DNA from: a virus | Lineage: Duplodnaviria > Caudoviricetes | Reading direction: 5' to 3' (one strand) | IMG/VR virus record: IMGVR_UViG_3300044606_000055 | Coordinates: 1-42,057 of that record | DNA length: 42,057 bases | Shown here: positions 17,094 through 25,840 of the stretch, in pieces | Position numbering within the stretch: position 1 is the stretch's first letter | Layout of the letters: each line of letters begins with the position of its first letter | Translations under genes and position numbers: made by a program | Notes under the pieces: generated by a model | Told to the model about the DNA's origin: nothing | Databases searched by the model: none | The model's input: the letters and a program-made list of their open reading frames with translations, nothing else

Positions 17094-17176
17094 ATTCTTA
17101 TTACCTCCATTATTGTTTATTGTTTGGCACTCGTTAAAATGCCAAAACATAAGCAATAAAATAGATTATTTATTTG

Positions 17177-17518
17177 TTAGTTGAAATATTGACTATAGTA
17201 TTCAGATAAATTATCAAGTTGTTTATCTGTCATTCCAATAGCTTCATTGTCAATATTTTTTACTACCCATATAGAATTGTCAACGCTATGAATATATAGT
17301 CTTTCAAAAAGTTTGCCCGTTTTATAATCATATACATTATAAATTTTTTGATTGAAATAAATTAATGCTGAATGATTATAATACTCAATATCAATATGGC
17401 CGTGAATATCAAGTTTTTTAACTTCACTAATGATATTATTAAAATGTTTTTCCTTTTCTTCTCTATCCGTCAATGACTGATATTCATTTGGTTTATACTC
17501 GATATACTTAATTAACAT
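17177..17518 (-). CDS. hypothetical protein (first gene of leftward arm)
   Basis: ORF track trimmed to MLIKYIE; GGAGG RBS. Confidence 0.7.
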   Translation of the reverse strand: MLIKYIEYKPNEYQSLTDREEKEKHFNNIISEVKKLDIHGHIDIEYYNHSALIYFNQKIYNVYDYKTGKLFERLYIHSVDNSIWVVKNIDNEAIGMTDKQLDNLSEYYSQYFN

Positions 17519-17629
17519 TGTCTTTAATCCTCCATTTATTAATAAAATATCTTTTTTATGTTTAAAAGTAAATATCAATTGGCATTCGCTCTATTAAGTA
17601 AATGCCAATTGGAAATACTCTTAGTTGAC

Positions 17630-17835
17630 TATCTCTTGCACATACTCTAAGCACTTCCGTCCCGAACGTAATACTTTGTCATTATCGCATGTTATGCCGT
17701 GCTGTGAAGCTCTACAGGCTCACAGGTGACACGCTAGACGCCGTATTGCGTGGCATGTGCTATTCATTAATCAATGTCCTTTTGCCTAATCGCTATTCCC
17801 CTTTAGGCCTTGCCGCAACCTGCGACGAATCAACT
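17630..17835 (-). promoter_or_regulatory. structured leader with boxA-like element
   Basis: GC-richer non-coding stretch with nested stems; GGACATTGATTAATGAATAG at 17760-17779 (minus). Confidence 0.4.
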
Positions 17836-19159
17836 TCAATTCTTTATGATATAGTATTTCGACACTCTTTTAAAATCTCCTGCATGTTTTCAAAATATTT
17901 TTAAAATTATTTTGACATACTATTATTATGCTCAATACTCATTAGATTATTCGGTGTTCTGCTGATAAACTTTAATCTTATATTATTGAAGGGATTATAA
18001 AGCGAATAGAATGCAGTGTCTTATATTGGCTTACAGGGCTTTACAGGGCTATTGTAGCGTGAAACATTGGATTATTATATTATGGTATGTTTTTGTGGAT
18101 TAATTCGGTATAATTGCGTGAAACATAGAACGCTTGTTTGGTATGTGGTATACAGTATTGTATTCACTACTTAATGAGACTTAATACTATTTATTGTTTA
18201 TCAATAAATTTTGCTTTACTTATTTATTGTTACTCGATATTTGTTTACTGATAATTGTATTAATTTCATATTTTATAACGTAACATTGTTACGCTACTAT
18301 GTCATATTTTTATTGTTTTTCGATATATTTGTATATATTGCGTAACATTGTTCTATTACAATACTTCTCACAATTCGGCCTTGTTACACTAGATCATCTA
18401 GGTATCATTGCCACATACTGCCATACTACTGTCACAATATACCATTGTCATATCATGGTATATCATATACAGTATATGCCATTATATCATGATCATGCTG
18501 GACAGATAGAGCATGTTTTAACCTGTCCGATATCCATAATTGACAATAACTAGTAGAATCATGCCCTAAACAGGCCAAAAAGCCGGTATTTACTCAACAT
18601 AATCTATACATTATATTGAGTATTGTCTAATTATCCGATAAAAAACAAACAAGTGTTCTATAGTGGGGGTATTTTACAAATTTTAGGCTTCTAAATGTCA
18701 AAAACTCCCACATGCACTTTCATTCACACACTACAGCACAATTTTTAACCATCGGCTTATAAAGAAAAAATTCACAAAAACAGTACCAAAATAACCCATA
18801 CTTCAATAACTCACATTTTCACGAAAAAAGCCAGTAAAAAGAAAAATATATATACATTCCAGCACCAAAAACATCTAAAACATCAACGCCGACCCCTCCG
18901 ACCAGCGCCGCACAATCTATATATTTTCACGAAAAATATCATGCAATATGAATAAAACACGGCATAGTGGGCAAACTAACAACATAAGGACTCCGCCCCT
19001 GCGCCCCTGCGCGGCCAAGGTCAAGTAACATCTCAGTTATGGAATTTGCAGCAGTTTTCGGCTACTATATTTTTTTATAAACTATCGATAAAATCTAATA
19101 AAACTACTTGTATAATATTCGCTCCGAACGAACAGTATAACGAACATATGTTTACGTAA

Positions 19160-19560
19160 TTAATATAATATATATATTATATATAATATAAGAGTATTTA
19201 AATATATATAATAATATAATATATATACTCTTTATTATAATATTATAAAGTATATATATTATATAAAATAATAATAAATATATAATATATATTACTATAT
19301 AGGGCTTATATTATATTTATCCTTAAAATAAATATAATATAAGCCCTTAATTAAATAATATATATTATATAATATAAAATACTTTATATAATAATATATA
19401 TAAGAGTATTTTATATGTAATCTCTATTAAGACTCTTTATATGTAATCTCTTTTAATACTATATTCTAGGTAATCTCTTTAAGATAATATTATATTTAAA
19501 CTCTCTAAGATTATATTATATGTTAACTCTCTAATCTTAGATTATATTTAATATATAATA
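19160..19560. repeat. extreme AT-rich region: long palindrome plus direct repeats (candidate origin/terminus)
   Basis: Perfect 20-bp IR 19301-19320/19328-19347, imperfectly extended to ~19226-19408; TTATATGTAATCTCT-type repeats 19411-19550. Confidence 0.8.
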
Positions 19561-19723
19561 TAAGGGGTATGAAAAAGGCGAGAATTTTGAATCGCAGCCG
19601 ATCACCCCTATTCATTTTTCTTTTACCAGCCCCTTGCGGAGCAAGGCTTTGTAGTAGAACAATATGTTTTTTGACATTTTTTTCTAGTCATAACGAGTAT
19701 ACAGCATTATTTTTAAAAACCAC

Positions 19724-19753
19724 TTGACAAACGCATAGCGAATATGGTATAAT
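19724..19753 (+). promoter_or_regulatory. consensus sigmaA promoter for rightward arm
   Basis: TTGACA-18-TATAAT with extended TG. Confidence 0.8.
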
Positions 19754-19975
19754 AGGGGTATCTTAGGGAGAGCCTTCCCCAAACACTCTATTTTTGGATT
19801 TTCAAATTGAAGTCATAACTATTTAATGTAGTTATAGTGGTTTTTGCATACTTTAGAGGCGTTTTAGCCTCGATTTTGGGGTAGCCCTTATGTTTGTATG
19901 TCTCCCCCGCTTTAATTCAAAATAGGGATCATTTTTTGCTCATAACTACATTAGTTTAAGAAAGGAAACAACTTA

Positions 19976-20530
19976 ATGATGAAATACCTCGGCACATATA
20001 ATTTGTCTGTGCCGTATGAACTAAGAAAATTAGAATTTTCAAAAGAAACCAAACATGATATTCGTATTGATTGCAAGAAAGGATTTATATGCCGCTTTGG
20101 CGACAATATATTAAAGGCTTGCTTCAAAAGCCCTACCGTTAAAAATAACGTATTAGAAAAAATACAATCTACAATGCTAGTGGATGCAGAATTCAATTAT
20201 TATGATTTTACATTTTATGAGGAATATGTAGGCAATATAGCAAAAGCTATGGATGCCCTTACAAAACATAAAAACAGAAACCCTTACAGCATTAAGAATT
20301 TGCCCACTTATGGTAAATATAAGCCAAACAATCCAGAACTCTGCGCGTCGTTTTCTAAAATGTTATCTCAAAAATATGAGATGCACGAAGTACGCAAAGT
20401 TTTAACTGGATATCTGCAAAAATACTCTATACCTATTGAGCGCGGCATAAAACAAATTCATTTGTTGGACAAACATAACAAGTTACAAGCGGCATATGAA
20501 GAAGAAAAAATGAAAGGAGAACATAAATAA
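19976..20530 (+). CDS. hypothetical protein
   Basis: ORF track; AAAGGA RBS. Confidence 0.75.
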   Translation: MMKYLGTYNLSVPYELRKLEFSKETKHDIRIDCKKGFICRFGDNILKACFKSPTVKNNVLEKIQSTMLVDAEFNYYDFTFYEEYVGNIAKAMDALTKHKNRNPYSIKNLPTYGKYKPNNPELCASFSKMLSQKYEMHEVRKVLTGYLQKYSIPIERGIKQIHLLDKHNKLQAAYEEEKMKGEHK

Positions 20531-20677
20531 ATGAAAGATGAAATCATTTTAAGATTCGAGAATGAATATGAATTTGATAGCGTTGTGGAAGAAATCTATT
20601 ATATTTTTCACGACGCTTATAATAAAACAGCAATCGAAGAGGCTAAAGAAATGCTCATGCAATTTATGGAGGACTAA
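20531..20677 (+). CDS. small acidic hypothetical protein (48 aa)
   Basis: MKDEIILRFENEYEFDSVVEE...; AAGGAG RBS; TAATG coupling. Confidence 0.65.
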   Translation: MKDEIILRFENEYEFDSVVEEIYYIFHDAYNKTAIEEAKEMLMQFMED

Positions 20678-21630
20678 TGCAACAGGTTGACTATACAATA
20701 AAAAACTTAGATGACAGAATAAATCTCGTTAATGAAATTCTCGAAGAACAAAAAGATACAATTGAAAAATATTTCGGCAATCCGTCAGTCAATTATTTAT
20801 TACAAGGGTTGGCAAATTATATTCTCAACTGTGATCATAAGCAAACACACAAAGAAAAAACGCAAGATAAATTTGAAAATTCTACGCTGGAATTAACTGA
20901 GGCTCCATATACCTTGAACAATAAAATTAAAATAACTAAAAGTGACTATTCCAACTGTGCAATTAAAGAAAAAAAAGATTTAATTGTACATGTTTATAAT
21001 AATTACGGGCATACAGGCAAGGCAAAAAAATGGATTCAAGACCTCAAGTATGATCAAGTAGCCATAAAACAGAGTGAACATGGATATATAAACCCTAAAT
21101 TTACGGTGCCTACCCCCTCATGTTCTCAAGAATATGAAATCGATAGTTATTGGAAAGATATATTTGAAGTTAGTTCTATTAATCATTTATTGAATTTAGA
21201 TTTGTTCGAAGTGGAGAGCTGGAAAGTTATTTTAAAATTATTGCCATACGGTGGCAAAATAAGTGGTAATGTAGATAGACTCGTTAAGGTATTCAATAAA
21301 GCATATCATTTGTGCGATTTTACTCCGCTACAGAGGAGTATTATACGTGAATGGCAATCTGGAGCAAAACACGAGTATAATGATTTTAAAATATTAAAGA
21401 ATAAGGATATTGAAAAGAGATTAAGTGTCGAGCAAAGTGCCTTATCTCATAATATTGAATCGATATGTAATAAACTTATTAATGCTTATGAATCACTATT
21501 TACCGAATATTATTATACCTTTTTAACAAAAGGAACATATAAAAAGTGTAAAAAGTGTGGACAAACAAAAATAATTCAAGATTTTTATGAAAATAGGGCA
21601 ATTTGTAAGACCTGTTTTAATGAAAACTGA
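20677..21630 (+). CDS. putative sigma-like/late transcription regulator with C-terminal HTH and Zn finger
   Basis: TPLQRSII...NKDIEKRLSVEQSALSHNIESICNKL (sigma region-4-like HTH); CKKC...CKTC. Confidence 0.5.
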   Translation: MQQVDYTIKNLDDRINLVNEILEEQKDTIEKYFGNPSVNYLLQGLANYILNCDHKQTHKEKTQDKFENSTLELTEAPYTLNNKIKITKSDYSNCAIKEKKDLIVHVYNNYGHTGKAKKWIQDLKYDQVAIKQSEHGYINPKFTVPTPSCSQEYEIDSYWKDIFEVSSINHLLNLDLFEVESWKVILKLLPYGGKISGNVDRLVKVFNKAYHLCDFTPLQRSIIREWQSGAKHEYNDFKILKNKDIEKRLSVEQSALSHNIESICNKLINAYESLFTEYYYTFLTKGTYKKCKKCGQTKIIQDFYENRAICKTCFNEN

Positions 21631-21688
21631 AAAAAACCTTCATTTTTATTGTAAAAAATCACATATATACTTACGAGGGAACTAATAA

Positions 21689-21967
21689 ATGACTAAAAAC
21701 GAATTTGCAAAAAAACTTTCTAAAAAAACTCGCGGCAAACTTGATTGGCGCGGGTGGATAGAAGTTGAAAAAATATTGCGGCAGACTATAGCAGAGGAAC
21801 TTAATGCCGGAAATGATGTGCCCACTTGGTTCGGCATATTTTCGCGCAAAGACAATTCAACACGAAAGATACCAGTTGGACTTAACGGTATAACGGATGT
21901 AAAAAATAAATGGTCAGTGCGATGTTCGTGTGCTGGGCAGTTTAAGGAGTTAGTTAACAAAGAATGA
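21689..21967 (+). CDS. HU/IHF-like DNA-binding protein
   Basis: MTKNEFAKKLSKKT..., TIAEELNAGNDV..FGIFS, FKELVN; 92 aa basic. Confidence 0.75.
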   Translation: MTKNEFAKKLSKKTRGKLDWRGWIEVEKILRQTIAEELNAGNDVPTWFGIFSRKDNSTRKIPVGLNGITDVKNKWSVRCSCAGQFKELVNKE

Positions 21968-23136
21968 ATTTGATCACTCAAGTTAAAGAACTTATAACCA
22001 ATCCTGATTTGGATAAAATAGAAATCTATCGTCAACTTTTTGGAGACGAGGTTCAAATAGCATATGATACTGCCAGAAGACAACTTAAAGGAATTGAAAA
22101 TTTTTTAAATCTAATAGAAGATTATGATAATAGTTTGAGTAAACTTTCTGACTTACAGGCTGAACGTATTAAAATTCAAACTGAAAAAGCAGAATTTGCG
22201 CGTATGCTGCGCGAACAATCCCGCGCTGATTTGACGGAAGAAAAAATTGTTGGCGCAATTAGAAACACTTATAAGAATTATTCTGTTCCTAAAATTGATT
22301 TTATTCCAAAAAAAGTTAGTGGAATATCAATGATATTGGGTATTTCCGATCTTCATTATGGTGCTGAGTTTAAAATATGCGACTTGGTTGGACAACTTTT
22401 AAACGAGTATAGTCCTGAAATTTGTGAACAACGTTTATGGAAAATACTTGAAGAAACCGTAAAATATGCTGAAAAAAACAACATTAAAGAAGTTACGGTT
22501 TTTAATCTGGGGGATGGAATTGAGGGATTGCTTCATATAAGCCAACTTCTCGTTCTGAGATATGGAGTTATCGAGTCTGTGGCATATTTATCTTCTTTGC
22601 TCCTAAAATGGATAATTACTCTATCTCAGTATGTGCGAGTAAATTATAAGCAAGTTCGCGATAATCACAGTGACGTGAGGCTTATTACTGGCAAGAAGGG
22701 TGACTTCCCGCACGAAAATTTATCTTTATTAACTGTTTGGCATCTTCGCGAACTTATAGAAATGAAGCAAATTCCAAACATAACGGTGCAGGGATATAAC
22801 GATGAAGGCAATGTTTATTGTAATGTTGGTGGATTTGATATTCTTGCAGTTCATGGGCACAACGAAAGTGCTAGTCTTGCCAAATCCCTTAAAGATTATT
22901 CAATGCTTTATAGCAATAATAATATTGATTATTTAATAGCCGGACACTTACATTATGGAGCATGTGAAGATGTGTCCATCGGCAAGGAAGTTGTTAGATT
23001 TCCGTCTGTTATGGGCGGCAATGATTATTCAGTTAAAAATAAAAAGATTTCCGATGCGGGGGCAAAAATATTGCTCTTAGAAAATGGTGTTGGAATTACT
23101 GATGAACACAGAATTAAATTATCATTAACGCCGTAA
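21964..23136 (+). CDS. calcineurin-like metallophosphoesterase
   Basis: SDLHYG, LGDGIEG, DNH, HGH, GHLH motifs; last codons contributed by IS left end. Confidence 0.85.
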   Translation: MNLITQVKELITNPDLDKIEIYRQLFGDEVQIAYDTARRQLKGIENFLNLIEDYDNSLSKLSDLQAERIKIQTEKAEFARMLREQSRADLTEEKIVGAIRNTYKNYSVPKIDFIPKKVSGISMILGISDLHYGAEFKICDLVGQLLNEYSPEICEQRLWKILEETVKYAEKNNIKEVTVFNLGDGIEGLLHISQLLVLRYGVIESVAYLSSLLLKWIITLSQYVRVNYKQVRDNHSDVRLITGKKGDFPHENLSLLTVWHLRELIEMKQIPNITVQGYNDEGNVYCNVGGFDILAVHGHNESASLAKSLKDYSMLYSNNNIDYLIAGHLHYGACEDVSIGKEVVRFPSVMGGNDYSVKNKKISDAGAKILLLENGVGITDEHRIKLSLTP

Positions 23137-24447
23137 AACCCCTGTCTTCAGACATGGGGATATTGAATTTCAGAAAAATTCTCAAAGAAAGTGAGGTGAA
23201 ATTGTGGAGAAAGCGTATAAGTTCAGAATCTATCCTACTAAAGAGCAGGAAACGCTCATTCAAAAAAACATTCGGTTGCACTCGTTTTGTCTACAATTAC
23301 TACCTTGCAAAACGCATTGAGAAGTATAAAGAAGATAAAACTTCCCTTAATTATATTGCTTGTAGCGCAGACATGACTTCGCTTAAAAAAGAACTTGAGT
23401 GGCTTAAAGAAGTTGACGCGACTGCGCTACAATCTTCGCTTAAAGACCTTGATATCGCTTACCAAAATTTCTTTCGTAGAGTAAAGAATGGAAATAATCA
23501 ATGTGGATTTCCGAGATTCAAAAGTAAAAAAGATAATAACAAGTCTTATAAATGTAAAATGGTTGGGTCGAATATAAAGTTACTCAGTTCTCACGTTCAA
23601 CTTCCGAAACTTGGAATTGTGAAATGTGCGGTATCTAAACAACTTGAAGGACGGATTCTATCAGCTACGGTTCGTCAAAACCCATCTGGTAAATACTTTG
23701 TTTCGATCTGTTGCTCAGATGTTGAAATTCCAAAATTCGAACCAACAGGCGCGATAGTGGGAATAGACGTAGGTATCAAAGAGTTTTGTGTTACAAGCGA
23801 CGATGTACATATTTCCAATCCCAAGTATCTTCACAAAAACGAAAAGAAACTTACTCGTCTTCAGCGGCAACTATCAAGAAAGCAAATTGGTAGTAATAAC
23901 CGTAACAGGGCGAGGATAAAAGTAGCTTGTGCCCATGAGAAGGCAGCGAATCAACGTGGAGACTTTCTTCACAAACTCACTACTAGTTTAATTCGAGACT
24001 ATGATCTAATTTGTGTTGAAAATCTAAAAATTAAAAATATGGTCAAGAACCACAAGTTGGCTAAGTCAATTTCGGACGCTAGTTGGGGTGAGTTCAAGCG
24101 GCAGTTGAATTATAAGGCTGCGTGGTATGGCAAGCATGTACAAGAAGTAGGAGCTTACTTTGCTAGTAGTCAGACTTGTTCAAATTGCGGCTATAAAAAC
24201 TCCGAAATCAAAAATCTTGCTGTGCGCGAATGGGTTTGTCCGAACTGCAATATACATAACGAGCGTGACGGAAATGCGGCAATCAATATTTTAAATGAAG
24301 GGTTGCGAATACTCGCATACTGAAATATCTTTTCTACCGTAGGGCATACGGGAAGTAACGCTTGTGGAGAGTATGTAAGACTTTGCTATGCAAAGCAACG
24401 CTCGTTGAAGCAAGAATCCCCTAGCTTTAGCTATGGGGAGATGTCAA
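23123..24447 (+). mobile_element. IS200/IS605-family TnpB-only (IS1341-like) element
   Basis: Left-end hairpin CCCCTGTCTTCAGACATGGGG (~23139-23159) after TTAT; right-end hairpin TCCCCTAGCTTTAGCTATGGGGA then TCAA at 24444-24447; no tnpA; exact ends inferred. Confidence 0.8.
23204..24323 (+). pseudogene. tnpB: RNA-guided endonuclease TnpB, frameshifted at A7 run (23262-23268)
   Basis: GTG start with GAGGTG RBS gives [21 protein letters not shown], then one extra A breaks frame before [10 protein letters not shown]; Ruv[19 protein letters not shown] and Zn finger intact. Confidence 0.85.
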
Positions 24448-24467
24448 ATAGATGAGGTGCGGCAATT
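24324..24467 (+). ncRNA. TnpB omegaRNA/reRNA scaffold plus flanking guide
   Basis: Right-end sequence ACCGTAGGGCATACGGGAAGTAACGCTTGTGGAGA...AAGCAAGAATCCCC...TCAA typical of IS605 right ends; boundaries approximate. Confidence 0.6.
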
Positions 24468-24557
24468 ACTGTAATATAAATTTTAGCCCATGAATACACA
24501 TATATTGTTGTACGGGCATTCGCATTAGTATGCGCACAATATCAGGGTTGCCGCCTT
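24454..24557 (+). ncRNA. candidate structured RNA (multi-stem junction)
   Basis: GAGGTGCGGCAATTACTG pairs with CAGGGTTGCCGCCTT, enclosing GCCC..GGGC and CGCAT..ATGCG hairpins. Confidence 0.35.
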
Positions 24558-24574
24558 AACCGACAGCAAGGATT

Positions 24575-24781
24575 ATGAAAAATACACCGAAGCAAATAAT
24601 TGAGAAAAAGTTAATAGATTACAATTACAATAAGTGTGAACTTGCAATTTTGGTTGGGATTTCCCATACCGCTATGTATGACAAACTTGCTCATCCTGAT
24701 AAATTTGTTATGCGCGAAATTAAGAGCCTGTTTAAGATTCTTAAATTCACTGATCAGGAGAAATTAGATTTTCTTCGATAA
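24575..24781 (+). CDS. small HTH protein (Cro-like; candidate excisionase/RDF)
   Basis: KCELAILVGISHTAMYDKL HTH; convergent with and overlapping integrase 3' end. Confidence 0.65.
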   Translation: MKNTPKQIIEKKLIDYNYNKCELAILVGISHTAMYDKLAHPDKFVMREIKSLFKILKFTDQEKLDFLR

Positions 24782-25778
24782 ATTTGTGCATCTTATCGGC
24801 TATCGCAACCTGTTCGCTGCTGAACGTGTGCTGATACACTTTATTTAGCATGTTATCTGTAGTATGCCCCATACGTTCCATAGCATATTTGTTTGGTACA
24901 TTAAGTTGTAGCATAAGTGAGGCATTGTAATGGCGCAGAGCATGAAAACTTTGCGGCACACCAATTTTATGGCACATATTACGATACTTAAAATGGAACT
25001 GTTCTATTGTTAGATCGAAGAGTGGTTGTCCATTTTTTTGTCGTTCATCTATTTCATTTATGATAATAGTTGGTGCAATGAGCGTTCTTTCGCTACTTGT
25101 AGTCTTGGTTGGTTTTTCCACATACTCTCTGTATTCGTCAAGGACAATTGCTTTGTTGATGTTAATGGTCTTATTGGCAATGTCAATATCGTTATATGTT
25201 AGCGCAAAAATCTCGCTGCGACGCATACCTAATAACGCTGCACACAGTACGGGTAAATAGAGAGGTGTATTTCTAGCCGACTCGATAATCAATCTTGTTT
25301 GTTCGCTTGTTGGTATTTTTATTTTAGACTTTCTTTTTTGTGGTGTTTTGATATTTAACTCCATTTTTTCTTTGAGCACAGCCGAAAGTAGCCCAATGGC
25401 ATTGCTAACCGATTTTGGTGAATGATCCTTGGCATATTCATTAATACATTTTTGAATATTCTCATTAGTTAGAAGCCCTAGCCGGACATTAATAATTGAT
25501 TTATATGCATTACGAGCCAGTTGGCGATAGCCGACTATAGTAGATGGGCTTAAAATGTTGGCGCGATTATTAATGAAGGATTCCATCATATCTTTTAATG
25601 ATATATTTTCTGGCTTACTATCGTGTTTACGTTGCGTTTGAAATTGAAGTGCAAGCAGTTGTGCCGCTTCTGGTGTTTCTGCGGTGAAACTTTTAAACTT
25701 CTGTGTACCAGTTTCGTCATAATATGATGTGCGCACTCTATAATTTCCGCTGCTAAGTTTTTCTACTTTACCAGCCAT
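24747..25778 (-). CDS. int: tyrosine integrase
   Basis: N-terminal arm-binding segment; GMRRSEI, KT, HALRH, MGH, VYQH catalytic set. Confidence 0.95.
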   Translation of the reverse strand: MAGKVEKLSSGNYRVRTSYYDETGTQKFKSFTAETPEAAQLLALQFQTQRKHDSKPENISLKDMMESFINNRANILSPSTIVGYRQLARNAYKSIINVRLGLLTNENIQKCINEYAKDHSPKSVSNAIGLLSAVLKEKMELNIKTPQKRKSKIKIPTSEQTRLIIESARNTPLYLPVLCAALLGMRRSEIFALTYNDIDIANKTININKAIVLDEYREYVEKPTKTTSSERTLIAPTIIINEIDERQKNGQPLFDLTIEQFHFKYRNMCHKIGVPQSFHALRHYNASLMLQLNVPNKYAMERMGHTTDNMLNKVYQHTFSSEQVAIADKMHKFIEENLISPDQ

Positions 25779-25808
25779 CTTTAGTACCTCAATTGGTTTG
25801 ATGGTTGA

Positions 25809-25837
25809 ATTATAGCACTAATATTTCAGTAAATCAA
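25809..25837 (-). promoter_or_regulatory. integrase promoter
   Basis: TTGATT-17-TATAAT with extended TG. Confidence 0.6.
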
Positions 25838-25840
25838 TAT

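Larger units (their letters stand above)
725..17558. repeat. Motif A: dispersed 16-bp palindrome TARAW-N6-WTYTA (26 copies) at gene junctions
   Basis: Exact TAAAA-N6-TTTTA starting at 1324,2000,2212,2498,4354,4618,6083,7518,9719,10212,11957,16218,17543; one-mismatch copies at 725,1112,2190,6487,6654,7249,8799,11153,12328,14125,14963,15286,17157. Confidence 0.9.
14058..17623 (-). repeat. series of long imperfect intergenic hairpins (motif C)
   Basis: Inverted repeats at 14066-14115, 14437-14491, 14923-14969, 15227-15280, 15608-15661, 16056-16096, 16110-16173, 16180-16216, 17111-17158, 17563-17623 (also 13411-13448). Confidence 0.85.

Noticed and set aside
14058-17623. Canonical integron (attC sites plus IntI)
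   Set aside because: Hairpins lack consistent RYYYAAC/GTTRRRY ends, and the integrase looks like an ordinary phage Int with its own attP; kept only as an alternative hypothesis.
17689-18553. ORFs 17689-17904 and 18299-18553
   Set aside because: No RBS, atypical composition, located in the regulatory region.
18661-18730. GGGGGTATTTTACA as pac/terminus site
   Set aside because: Suggestive position only; cannot be supported without read-end data.
23154-23203. ORF-track N-terminus of TnpB (MGILNFRK...)
   Set aside because: Starts inside the IS left-end hairpin without an RBS; the family-typical N-terminus is in another frame from GTG 23204.
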